A DNA stretch of 64,000 bases from an uncultured Gemmatimonadaceae bacterium. Its GTDB lineage: Bacteria; Gemmatimonadota; Gemmatimonadetes; Gemmatimonadales; Gemmatimonadaceae. Below the pieces are notes generated by a model. It did no database searches, was not told the origin of the DNA, and saw only the letters and a list, made by a program, of their open reading frames with translations. The stretch spans positions 32,001 through 96,000 of the forward strand of contig CAWGJO010000020.1 in assembly GCA_963822945.1 (NCBI GenBank), in the 5' to 3' direction. Positions 1 through 9,342 of the stretch are shown piece by piece. Each line of letters begins with the position of its first letter. The first letter of the stretch is position 1. The position numbers and the translations under genes are program-made.

Positions 1-2
1 GA

Positions 3-629
3 AAGAGCGCGCTGCTCGACCTCGTGCCCCGCGTGTTCGATCCGCAGGAGGGCGAGATCCTCATCGACGGCATTCCACTCCGCGACCTCGACCTCGATGC
101 ATGGCGGCGGGAAATCGGGTACGTGCCGCAGGAAAGCTTCCTGTTCAGCGAGAGCATCGGCGCGAATCTGGACTACGGCGCAGCCGACGAATCGGCGCGC
201 GACTGGGCGGCGTCGGTGGCGCAGCTCACCACCACCATCGACGCCCTGCCGGAGCGCTACGACACCATGCTCGGAGAGCGCGGCATCAATCTGTCGGGCG
301 GACAGAAGCAGCGGGCGGCGATTGCCCGGGCACTGGCGCGCCACCCGACGGTGGTGCTGCTGGACGACGCGCTGAGCGCCGTGGACACGCACACCGAAGC
401 GGAGATCCTGAACGCCCTGCGCACCGCGCTTGCCGGCCGTACCGCGCTCATCGCCTCGCACCGCGTCTCCGCCATCCGCGACGCAACCTTCGCCATCGTG
501 CTCGACGACGGTCGCGTGGTGGAGAAGGGGCCGCACGCCGAACTCATCGCCGCCGGCGGCCGCTACTGGTCGCTGCTCAACCGCCAGCAGCTCGAGGAGT
601 CGCTCGAGGAGTCCGTCGAGTCGCCGTAG
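3..629 (+). CDS. ABC transporter ATP-binding protein (MsbA/MdlA-type exporter), C-terminal part; 5' truncated by window edge
   Basis: Frame open from window start (end of Walker A, KSALLDL); Q-loop GYVPQE, signature LSGGQKQR, Walker B VVLLDD, H-loop SHR. Confidence 0.92.
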   Translation, partial: KSALLDLVPRVFDPQEGEILIDGIPLRDLDLDAWRREIGYVPQESFLFSESIGANLDYGAADESARDWAASVAQLTTTIDALPERYDTMLGERGINLSGGQKQRAAIARALARHPTVVLLDDALSAVDTHTEAEILNALRTALAGRTALIASHRVSAIRDATFAIVLDDGRVVEKGPHAELIAAGGRYWSLLNRQQLEESLEESVESP

Positions 630-639
630 TCGGGCACCG

Positions 640-816
640 GCCCGGGATCAGGAACGGAGGTGAAGCACGAGATGATCCCGATTCGACGGATGAGACTGAT
701 GAAACAGTAGGGGGCTCCGGCGGACGGATCTCTCCGCCGGAACCCCCAATTCCTTGATCCGTGTCATCAGCGGTCTCCGGATCATCGTGTTCATTTTTCG
801 TTCCTGATGCCCGGGC
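640..816. repeat. Long imperfect inverted repeat (about 177 bp) between convergent genes
   Basis: Left arm GCCCGGGATCAGGAACG..TGAAGCACGAGATGATCC matches reverse complement of right arm GGATCATCGTGTTCA..CGTTCCTGATGCCCGGGC; inner hairpin GGGGCTCCGGCGGA/TCCGCCGGAACCCC. Confidence 0.8.
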
Positions 817-837
817 TAGCGACACGGAAGCGCCGGA

Positions 838-1565
838 TCACATCCGATTCAGAATCCAGGCCGGCGTCATCTTCTGCAGCATCCCCGTGAGCACCGACAG
901 ATAGCCGCTCACGAGCAGGATGCCGACGATCACGAGCAGCACGCCCGAGGCCTTCGTGAGCCACGCCAACCGGGCCCGGTTCCGCTGCGCGAACCCGATC
1001 AGCTCCTCCAGCGCCACCGCCGAGATCAGGAACGGCACCGCCAGCCCCGCCGAGTAGGCGCTCAGCAGCACCGCGCCGCGCCCGCGTCACCCGCCGTGGC
1101 CGCGAAGGTCAGGATCGAGCCGAGAATCGGCCCCAGGCAGGGCGACCAGCCCGCCCCGAACGCCATCCCGACCACCACCGTGCCGAAGTAGCCGAGCGGC
1201 TTGTCGCGCAGGTGCGGGCGCGTGTCGCGTCCCAGAATCGACAGGTTGAACGCGCCGGCCAGATACAGCCCGAACAGGATGATGATCACCCCGCCCACGC
1301 GCGCCACCCACACCCGGTGTACCAGCAGCACCCGTCCCACCGCGCTTGCCGCCACTCCCATCGTCACGAATACGATGGAGAACCCGATCACGAACAGGAA
1401 CGCGTGCAGGAGCGCGAACCGCCGCGACGACTGCACGTCTTCCAGTGAGATCCCGGTGATGAACGTGAGATAGCTCGGCACCAGCGGCAGGACGCATGGC
1501 GAGATGAAGCTCACCAGTCCGGCCACGAAGGCGACGAACAGCCCGACCTCCCCCCCGGCGGTCAC
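838..1565 (-). CDS. ccdA: Cytochrome c biogenesis protein CcdA (DsbD transmembrane domain); one apparent frameshift near 1081-1083
   Basis: SFISPCVLPLVP and GWSPCLGPILG motifs in ORF 1062..1565; C-terminal AYSAGLAVPF helices continue in ORF 838..1071; one extra G in a G run joins them. Confidence 0.88.
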
Positions 1566-1589
1566 GCGCCCGCTCCGCGAGCCACGCGG

Positions 1590-2165
1590 CTACCCGGCCG
1601 CCGGTTGGCGGGCATCGACCACGGCGCGGATCTCCTCGCCCGACAGACGCTCCACCTCGTCGGTGTCCTCGGCGCGCCGCTGCACGCCCCGCACCACCTG
1701 GTCCACGGTCACCAGCGGCGCGTCTGCCTCGGCCTTCACCGAGACCTCCCACTTGCCGCGGTCCGGGCCCTTGAGCGTGTGCCGGTAGGTAGCCGTGAAC
1801 ACCGTGTACCGATCGGGCACCGCCGGTTCCTGCGCCGGATCGGACGCGTAGGGTGAATCGTCCAGCGATTCCAGCGAGACCGACTCGAGTTCGGCGACCG
1901 CACCGTCCGCCTCCGCCGGCGGGCCCTCTTCCGTCATCGCCGCGGTGGCCAATTCGCCCAGCGCCTCGACACCGGCACCCTCCGCCGCATCCACCGCCGC
2001 CTCGGCGCCCGGTGGCTCGAGTTGCCGCGCCGCGATCACCGCCACGCCCCGCTCCACCCCGCTCACCCGGCGCGGCGCGAAGAAGTGCACCTCCATGACA
2101 TCCGCGCCGGCCAGCTGCTCCACCATGTCGAGGATGAACCGCTCGCGCGTCTCGCTCTGGATCAT
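1590..2165 (-). CDS. Hypothetical protein with central acidic/Ala-rich low-complexity insert
   Basis: 3' part of ORF 1590..3068 from MIQSETRERF; ATGA overlap with upstream gene stop; protein-like composition. Confidence 0.7.
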   Translation of the reverse strand: MIQSETRERFILDMVEQLAGADVMEVHFFAPRRVSGVERGVAVIAARQLEPPGAEAAVDAAEGAGVEALGELATAAMTEEGPPAEADGAVAELESVSLESLDDSPYASDPAQEPAVPDRYTVFTATYRHTLKGPDRGKWEVSVKAEADAPLVTVDQVVRGVQRRAEDTDEVERLSGEEIRAVVDARQPAAG

Positions 2166-3280
2166 CGCGCGCCCACGGTCGCGGGAGTCGCTTCGGCCCG
2201 GCGCGCGTCGAGTTCGCGTTCCACGTACAACCGCATGATGTGCATGAAATCCTGGGCATTGGTGACGACGCCGAACGCCTGATGCGTGCCGCGATCCTTG
2301 AGCTTGCTCACCACGAACTCCGACGAATCGACGCAGATCGTGATCAGCTCGCGCATCGATCCGTCCGGGTCGGTGACGAACGCGGGCAGCATGTTGCCCG
2401 TGGCGATGCCGTGCAGGGCACTGGCGATCAGGATCGCCATCGTCGCCTTGATGGTGTGCCGCCGCATGGCGTCCTGCGCCTGCAGCATGTCGGTGATCAC
2501 TTCGGGCAGCGGGCCGTCGTCGCGAATGGACGCCGCGAGCACGAATGGCACGTCGTGCAGCACGCACGCGCGCATGATGCCCTCGGTGATCAGCCCCTGC
2601 TCCACCGCCGCTCGGATCGAGCCCGCGGCGCGCACGCGGTTGATGGCGCGCATGTGCTTGCCGTGTCCGCCCTGGGTCGGAATCCCGCTGCCCGTCATGC
2701 CGAGCGTGGTGCCGAACATCGCCGCCTCGATGTCGTGCGCCGCCACCGCGTTTCCGGCCAGCAGCGCCTTCACGAAGCCGTGCTCGATGAACCAGACCAG
2801 ATCGGCGCGCGCGCGCGCGTGCACCAGCGCCGGCCCGGCCACCCAGATGGGATATCCGCCGCGGTCGCGCTCGTCGAGCAGCAGCCGCGCCATCTGCGCG
2901 TAGTCGATCGGCTTCTCGCGCGACACCTCGCTCGACATGAACTGGAACTCGTCCTCGCCGCCGGCGTCGAGCGCGCGCTCGTAGACGTAGATCCCCTCGC
3001 TCCCATCCTCGGCGCGTCCCACGGCCACCCGTTCGCCCCGTTTCACGCGGCGCATCTCGCGCGCCCACAACTCGCCGGCCGCATCGAGCACCAGCGCCGC
3101 GTCCATGCGCGGCTCGCGGGGCGTGCGCCAGACGCCGGCGATGCGCGCGTACGTGGGCAGGTTGGTGGTGGAGAAGAACCCCTCGGGCACGACGCCGTCG
3201 GCCGGAGCCGCCACGAACTGCGCGTCGGGCGCGTTCGCGAGCTCCGGCACGGCCAGGTTGGGAGCAGGAATCGTGATCAC
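2162..3280 (-). CDS. TIGR00300-family protein (LOR/SDH conserved region; related to the AgrE/ArgZ C-terminal ornithine cyclodeaminase)
   Basis: Family motifs PEGFFSTTNLPT, EPRMD, FQFMSSEVSREK, LAGNAVAAHDIE, SIRDDGPLP, IATGNMLP, KLKDRGT; GTG start at 3280 inferred. Confidence 0.85.
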   Translation of the reverse strand: MITIPAPNLAVPELANAPDAQFVAAPADGVVPEGFFSTTNLPTYARIAGVWRTPREPRMDAALVLDAAGELWAREMRRVKRGERVAVGRAEDGSEGIYVYERALDAGGEDEFQFMSSEVSREKPIDYAQMARLLLDERDRGGYPIWVAGPALVHARARADLVWFIEHGFVKALLAGNAVAAHDIEAAMFGTTLGMTGSGIPTQGGHGKHMRAINRVRAAGSIRAAVEQGLITEGIMRACVLHDVPFVLAASIRDDGPLPEVITDMLQAQDAMRRHTIKATMAILIASALHGIATGNMLPAFVTDPDGSMRELITICVDSSEFVVSKLKDRGTHQAFGVVTNAQDFMHIMRLYVERELDARRAEATPATVGAR

Positions 3281-3335
3281 CCGTGAAAGATGACCGGGGG
3301 CAGGAGGGGGAACAAGCGCAGTCTGCCCGGTTGCG

Positions 3336-5597
3336 TCACAACAGCGACACCGGATCCCGGTCCACGACGATCCGGAGCCCATACCCCGACGGCACCGGGA
3401 ACCGGGACGCGAAGTACCGGCTGACCCGGGTTAGGGGACCCGCCTGATCGGCTTTCAGGAGCAGATGCCAGCGCCACCGCTTCTTGACCCGGTCCACCGG
3501 ACAGGGGGCGGGACCGATGATCGACAGGGCGCCCGGCTCGCGCCGCGCCACCAGGGCGTGCAGCCAGGCCCCCGCCGACTGGGCCAGCTCCATGGTGGCA
3601 TTCTCCGAGAACCCGCTCACGATCACGTTGGCCAGGCGGGCGAAGGGCGGGTACGGCGGGCTCCGCCGACCCTCCAGTTCCTGAGCCACGAAGCCTTCGT
3701 AGTCGTGCCGCGCGGCGAACCGCACCGCGTGGTGGTCGGGCACCCGGGTCTGCACGATTACCTCGCCGCGCTTCGCGCCCCGCCCCGCCCGGCCCGCCAC
3801 CTGGCTCACCAGCTGGAAGCACCGCTCCGACGCCCGGAAGTCGGGCATGTTGATGCCGACGTCGGCGTCCACCACGCCCACCAGCGTCACGTTCGGGAAG
3901 TCCAACCCTTTGGCGATCATCTGCGTCCCGAGCAGGATGTCCACCTCACCACGCCCCACGCGGTCGAGAATGTTCGCATGCGCCCACTTGCCGCTCGTGG
4001 TGTCCATGTCCATGCGCGTGATGCGGGCGGCGGGATAGCGCTCCCCGAGCATGCGCTCCACCTGCTGCGTGCCCAGCCCGCGTCCGCGCAGCACGGGACC
4101 GCCGCACTTGGGGCAGGCCGTGCGCATCGGCTCCGCGTACTGGCAGTAGTGGCACACCAGCCGCTCGGGCACCCGGTGGTAGGTGAGAGTCACGTTGCAG
4201 TTGGGGCACGCCGCCACGTCGCCGCACCCGTCGCACTGCACGAACGACGCGTAGCCGCGGCGGTTCAGCAGCAGGATGCTCTGCTCGCCACGCGCCAGCC
4301 GCTCGGTGAGCTGTCGCTCCAGCGGTTCGCTGAGCACGTAGCGCAGCGCGTATTCCTCGGGCGTGAGGCGTTTGGGGTGCGTCATCGGATCGGGACGGCG
4401 CATGTCCACCACGTCCACCTCGGGCAGCACGCCCCCGCCCACGCGGTCGGGCAGCCGCAGCAGGTGATGCCGCCCCCGCTGGGCATTGTGCCAACTCTCG
4501 AGGCTCGGCGTCGCGCTGCCCAGCACCACCACCGCATCCTCGCGCCGGGCGCGCACCAGCGCCACCTCGCGCGCGTGGTAGCGCGGCGTCTCGCCCTGCT
4601 TGTAGGTGGCCTCGTGCTCCTCGTCGATGATGATCGCCCCCAGATTCTCGAGCGGCGCGAACACGGCCGACCGCGCGCCCACGGCGATCCGCTTCTCTCC
4701 GCGGGCCAGCGCCAGCCAGGCATCGTACCGTTCGCCGTCGCTCAGGCCGCTGTGCAGCACCGCGATCCGGTCGCCGAACACGGCGCGGAAGCGGTCCACC
4801 GTCTGCGGCGTCAACGCAATCTCGGGCACGAGCACGATTGCCGTCTTGCCCCACTCGTCCACCAGCTTGCGCAGGAACTCCACGTACACGAGCGTCTTGC
4901 CGCTGCCCGTGATGCCGAACAGCACGAACGATTCGCCGCCCCCCGCCTGGCAGAGTGCGTGCACGGCGGCGGCCTGTGCCTCGGTGGGCGCGTGCGCCGC
5001 CGGCGGCGGGGCCGGCCGCGAGGTGAAGGGGTCGCGCACCACCACCTCGCGCTCGAACGACACCAGGCCGCGCTTGCCGAGCGCCGTGAGCGCCGCGGGA
5101 GATGCGCCCAACTGGCCCACGAGGTGCTCCACCGGCGCCCGCCCGCCCAGCGACTCCAGCATCTCGTACGCCGAGCGCTGCTTGGGAGCCCGCTTGAACA
5201 GCTGCTCGCGTTCGAGCAGTGAGGGGAGTTCCCGGGCCAGCCGCGCCACCCGCCGTTCCTTGCGCACGGGCGTCGGCACTTTCACCGCCGACAGCGCGGC
5301 CGGCAGCATCGTGCGCAGCACCATCCCCAGCGGGGCCACGTAGTACTCCGACATCCACCGCGCCAGCTCGAGCAGGTGGGCGCTGACCACCGGCGACGGA
5401 TCGGGCGCATCGAGGATGTCCTTGGGTTCCACGTCGTCCCGCGGCTCGGCGATCCCCACCACGAGCCCGATGGTGCGCCGGCCGCGCACGGGCACGACCA
5501 CGCGCGAGCCCACGCCGGCGCGCGGGACGAGCGCCTCGGGCACCGCGTACGTGAATTCGCGGAAGAGGGGGAGCGGGAGGGCGACCGAGATCAGCAT
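3336..5597 (-). CDS. priA: Primosomal protein N' (replication restart helicase)
   Basis: GITGSGKT, LVPEIALTPQ, DEEH, LGSATPS, LLNRRGY, four CxxC pairs, GTQMIAKGLDFPNV, QVAGRAGR. Confidence 0.97.
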   Translation of the reverse strand: MLISVALPLPLFREFTYAVPEALVPRAGVGSRVVVPVRGRRTIGLVVGIAEPRDDVEPKDILDAPDPSPVVSAHLLELARWMSEYYVAPLGMVLRTMLPAALSAVKVPTPVRKERRVARLARELPSLLEREQLFKRAPKQRSAYEMLESLGGRAPVEHLVGQLGASPAALTALGKRGLVSFEREVVVRDPFTSRPAPPPAAHAPTEAQAAAVHALCQAGGGESFVLFGITGSGKTLVYVEFLRKLVDEWGKTAIVLVPEIALTPQTVDRFRAVFGDRIAVLHSGLSDGERYDAWLALARGEKRIAVGARSAVFAPLENLGAIIIDEEHEATYKQGETPRYHAREVALVRARREDAVVVLGSATPSLESWHNAQRGRHHLLRLPDRVGGGVLPEVDVVDMRRPDPMTHPKRLTPEEYALRYVLSEPLERQLTERLARGEQSILLLNRRGYASFVQCDGCGDVAACPNCNVTLTYHRVPERLVCHYCQYAEPMRTACPKCGGPVLRGRGLGTQQVERMLGERYPAARITRMDMDTTSGKWAHANILDRVGRGEVDILLGTQMIAKGLDFPNVTLVGVVDADVGINMPDFRASERCFQLVSQVAGRAGRGAKRGEVIVQTRVPDHHAVRFAARHDYEGFVAQELEGRRSPPYPPFARLANVIVSGFSENATMELAQSAGAWLHALVARREPGALSIIGPAPCPVDRVKKRWRWHLLLKADQAGPLTRVSRYFASRFPVPSGYGLRIVVDRDPVSLL

Positions 5598-5622
5598 GCC
5601 TGGCGCACCGGTGTGCGGCGCG

Positions 5623-6647
5623 TCAACGCTGCCGGATCCGCGCTCCCAGCCCCGGCGCGTCGGGGATCGCGATCCGGCCGGCGGCGATGGTCGCCCCCTC
5701 GTGGGGGTCGTCGGCCAGCAGCGCCGCGCCATCCAGATCGGCGTAGTCGAGCAGCGGAGCCAGGTGCGCGGCGGCGGTGATGCCGAGACTCGTCTCGATC
5801 ATGCAGCCCATCATCACGGACAGCCCGTGGGCGCGGGCGGTGGCGATCATCCGGCGCGCTTCGAGCAGCCCCCCGCACTTGGCGAGCTTGATGTTGATGC
5901 CGTCCACCGCGCCCACCAGCCGCGGAATGTCGGCGGCGGTCACGCACGACTCGTCGGCGATGATCGGCAGCGGCGAGCGCTCGCGCACGAAGCGCAGGCC
6001 GTCGACGTCTTCGGGGGGCAGCGGTTGCTCCACGAACTCCACGCCGTACTGCGCCAGCCGTTCGGTCATCGACACCGCGTGCTTGGCCGTCCAGGCAGCG
6101 TTCGCGTCCACGCGGATGGTCTTGCTCGGGGCCGCGCCGCGCACGGCGCGCACGATGTCGTCGTCGCGGTCGGTGCCCAGCTTCACCTTCAGCACCGGAT
6201 ACGCGGCCGCCTGCTCCACACGGCGCACGAGTTCCTCTTCGGTGGGTGCGATGGCGATCGTGAAGCTCGACAGCGGCGCCTGGTCGGGGCTGAGGCCCCA
6301 CAGGCGATACAGCGGCGCGCCCAGTCTCTTGCCCACGAGGTCGTGCGCGGCGGCGCTCACCGCCATCCGCGCGGCCGCGTTGCCGCGCAGTGCCAGCCGC
6401 AGCGCGCGCTCGAGCGCCTCGAGCGCCCAGGGGTCGGCCGCTTCCACGATCGGCCGCAGCAGTTCCAGCGCCGCCACCACGGTGCCGGCCGTCTCGCCGT
6501 AGAACGTGCTCGGGGCCGCCTCGCCGAGTCCCTCCACGCCGTCGGCGTCGGTCAGGCGCACGCGCACGCGCGTGTATTCGCTCGACCCGCCCCGCGCGAT
6601 CACGAACGGGTTGGCGGTGTGCACCACCACGCGTTCATAGGACAGCT

Positions 6648-6651
<4 letters not shown>
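5623..6651 (-). CDS. Dipeptide epimerase (L-Ala-D/L-Glu epimerase, enolase superfamily)
   Basis: GLGEAAP, KVKLG, VDANAAW, EQP, ADES, NIKLAKCGG, GCMIE, DLDG motifs. Confidence 0.92.
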
Positions 6652-7658
<1,007 letters not shown>

Positions 7659-7740
7659 GCTACGCGCTCCGCGTGGTGGGTCGCCGTGGCGGGGACAGCG
7701 GGGTCAGGTCACAACTTAGCATGCGCGGCATCCTCCTGCA

Positions 7741-8667
7741 TCAGAGGAGCGCACGCAGATGGGCCACGCACGCCGCGCCCAGGCGGTCGGGTGCATACCC
7801 ACCTTCGAGCGCGCTCACCAGCCGGCCGCCGCACCAGCCGTCGGCACGCGCCACCATGGCCCGGGTCAGCGCCGTCACGTGCTCCACCTCCAGCGTGAAC
7901 CCGCCCAGCGGGTCGCCGGCCAGCGAATCGAAGCCCGATGAGATCAGCACCAGATCGGGGACGAACCCCTGCGCTGCCGAGTCCACGGCGGCGAGGAACG
8001 CTTCCACGTACCGCGCGGGGGGAAGGCCGGCCGGCATCGGCACGTTCCACACCGACCCGTGCGGGCCCCGATCCTCCGCCGCCCCCGTGCCCGGATACCA
8101 CGGCCACTGGTGCATGGATACGAAGCGGATGTCGGGCGTGTCCTCCACCAGGGCCTGCGTGCCGTTGCCGTGATGCACGTCCCAGTCCACGATCAACACG
8201 CGCGCCGCCCCGTGCCGGCGCCGCGCGTAGTGGGCGCCGATCGCCACGTTCCCGAACAGGCAGAACCCCATGCCGCGGTCGCGCAGCGCGTGGTGGCCCG
8301 GCGGTCGCACGGCCGCGAACGATCGCACGGCCCGTCCGTCGAAGGCCATGTCGATGCCGTCGAGCACGCATCCGGCCGCCGCGCGCGCCGCGTCCCACGA
8401 TCCCTCGCTCACCACGGTGTCGGCGTCCAGACGCCCGCCGCCGGCCAGTGCCAGATCGCGGACCTGCGTCACGTAGTCGGGGTCGTGCACCAGCGCCAGC
8501 TCGGCGTCGGTGGCGTGCCGGCCCTCCACGTGCTGTGCCAGATGGAAGAGCTCGGGATCCTCGCGCAGGGCGCGCGGAATGGCGCGCAGCCGCCCGACGT
8601 GCTCCGGATGTCCCCATCCGGTGTCGTGGCGGCCGCAGTCCGAGTGCGAGATGTAGGCGATCGACAT
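7741..8667 (-). CDS. Histone deacetylase family (Zn-dependent) amidohydrolase
   Basis: HPEH, RPPGHHA, GFC, DWDVHHGNGTQ, YPGTG, SSGFD, GDPLG, LEGGY motifs. Confidence 0.95.
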   Translation of the reverse strand: MSIAYISHSDCGRHDTGWGHPEHVGRLRAIPRALREDPELFHLAQHVEGRHATDAELALVHDPDYVTQVRDLALAGGGRLDADTVVSEGSWDAARAAAGCVLDGIDMAFDGRAVRSFAAVRPPGHHALRDRGMGFCLFGNVAIGAHYARRRHGAARVLIVDWDVHHGNGTQALVEDTPDIRFVSMHQWPWYPGTGAAEDRGPHGSVWNVPMPAGLPPARYVEAFLAAVDSAAQGFVPDLVLISSGFDSLAGDPLGGFTLEVEHVTALTRAMVARADGWCGGRLVSALEGGYAPDRLGAACVAHLRALL

Positions 8668-8707
8668 GGCCGGCGGCGGCGTCGCTCCGGGCCCGCGTCC
8701 GGCCGGC

Positions 8708-9040
8708 CTAGCGGAGGGGACGCCGGTGGCGGTGCATGAGCAGGAGAATCGATCCGTCCTTCACGCCGGCCGCCGACAGCGACTCGTGCTCGTTCAGGAT
8801 CTCCCAGCCGTGCAGCTTGGCCACGAAATCCTCGTGGTACTTCGCCTGCGGGAAGAGCGCGGCGAGGGCGCGCTGCTTGACCGCCTCGACCGTCTCGCTG
8901 GGCGGCACCTCGATGCGGACCACATCCCACACGGCCTGCATCTCGACGCGAATCGTGATCGTCTGCTCGCCCTCGGCGCCCATGCGGATGGTGGCGCGGC
9001 GGGCGCGGAGGTTGGTGACGAACGGAGCGGGCGCGCTCAT
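8708..9040 (-). CDS. Ubiquitin-like (beta-grasp) protein without C-terminal diglycine
   Basis: EVPPSETVEAVK aligns to ubiquitin EVEPSDTIENVK; SLSAAGVKDGSILLLMHRHR aligns to [20 protein letters not shown]; ATGA-coupled to upstream gene. Confidence 0.75.
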   Translation of the reverse strand: MSAPAPFVTNLRARRATIRMGAEGEQTITIRVEMQAVWDVVRIEVPPSETVEAVKQRALAALFPQAKYHEDFVAKLHGWEILNEHESLSAAGVKDGSILLLMHRHRRPLR

Positions 9041-9342
9041 GCGACCTCCGCCGGCCGGTCCAGCGCCGGGAGCGTGGTGAAAAAGCGGCGCAGCTGCATC
9101 GTGAACATGTACGACGACCCCGTCACGCGGCTGCCCCCGTCCACGGCGCCGGCGGCGACGACGATCTCCTCGCCCCCCTGGCCGCGGAAGCTGGCCCAGC
9201 CCGGCCCCTGCTTGTCGATGAACGCGGCGTAGAGCGGATTCCGCGTCGCGAAGAACGTTCTGGCGCGCGCCAGCACCTCATCGGGCGGCAGCGTGGTGAC
9301 GTATTCCTGCATCGTTTCTGTCGACGGCTTCATGGCGGTCAT
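9037..9342 (-). CDS. Hypothetical protein (101 aa)
   Basis: ATGA overlaps with both neighbours; globular alpha/beta-like sequence; no family recognised. Confidence 0.75.
   Translation of the reverse strand: MTAMKPSTETMQEYVTTLPPDEVLARARTFFATRNPLYAAFIDKQGPGWASFRGQGGEEIVVAAGAVDGGSRVTGSSYMFTMQLRRFFTTLPALDRPAEVA

Noticed and set aside
8708..9040. ThiS/MoaD sulfur carrier or conjugatable ubiquitin system
   Set aside because: No C-terminal Gly-Gly and no E1/ThiF, E2 or JAB gene in the window.
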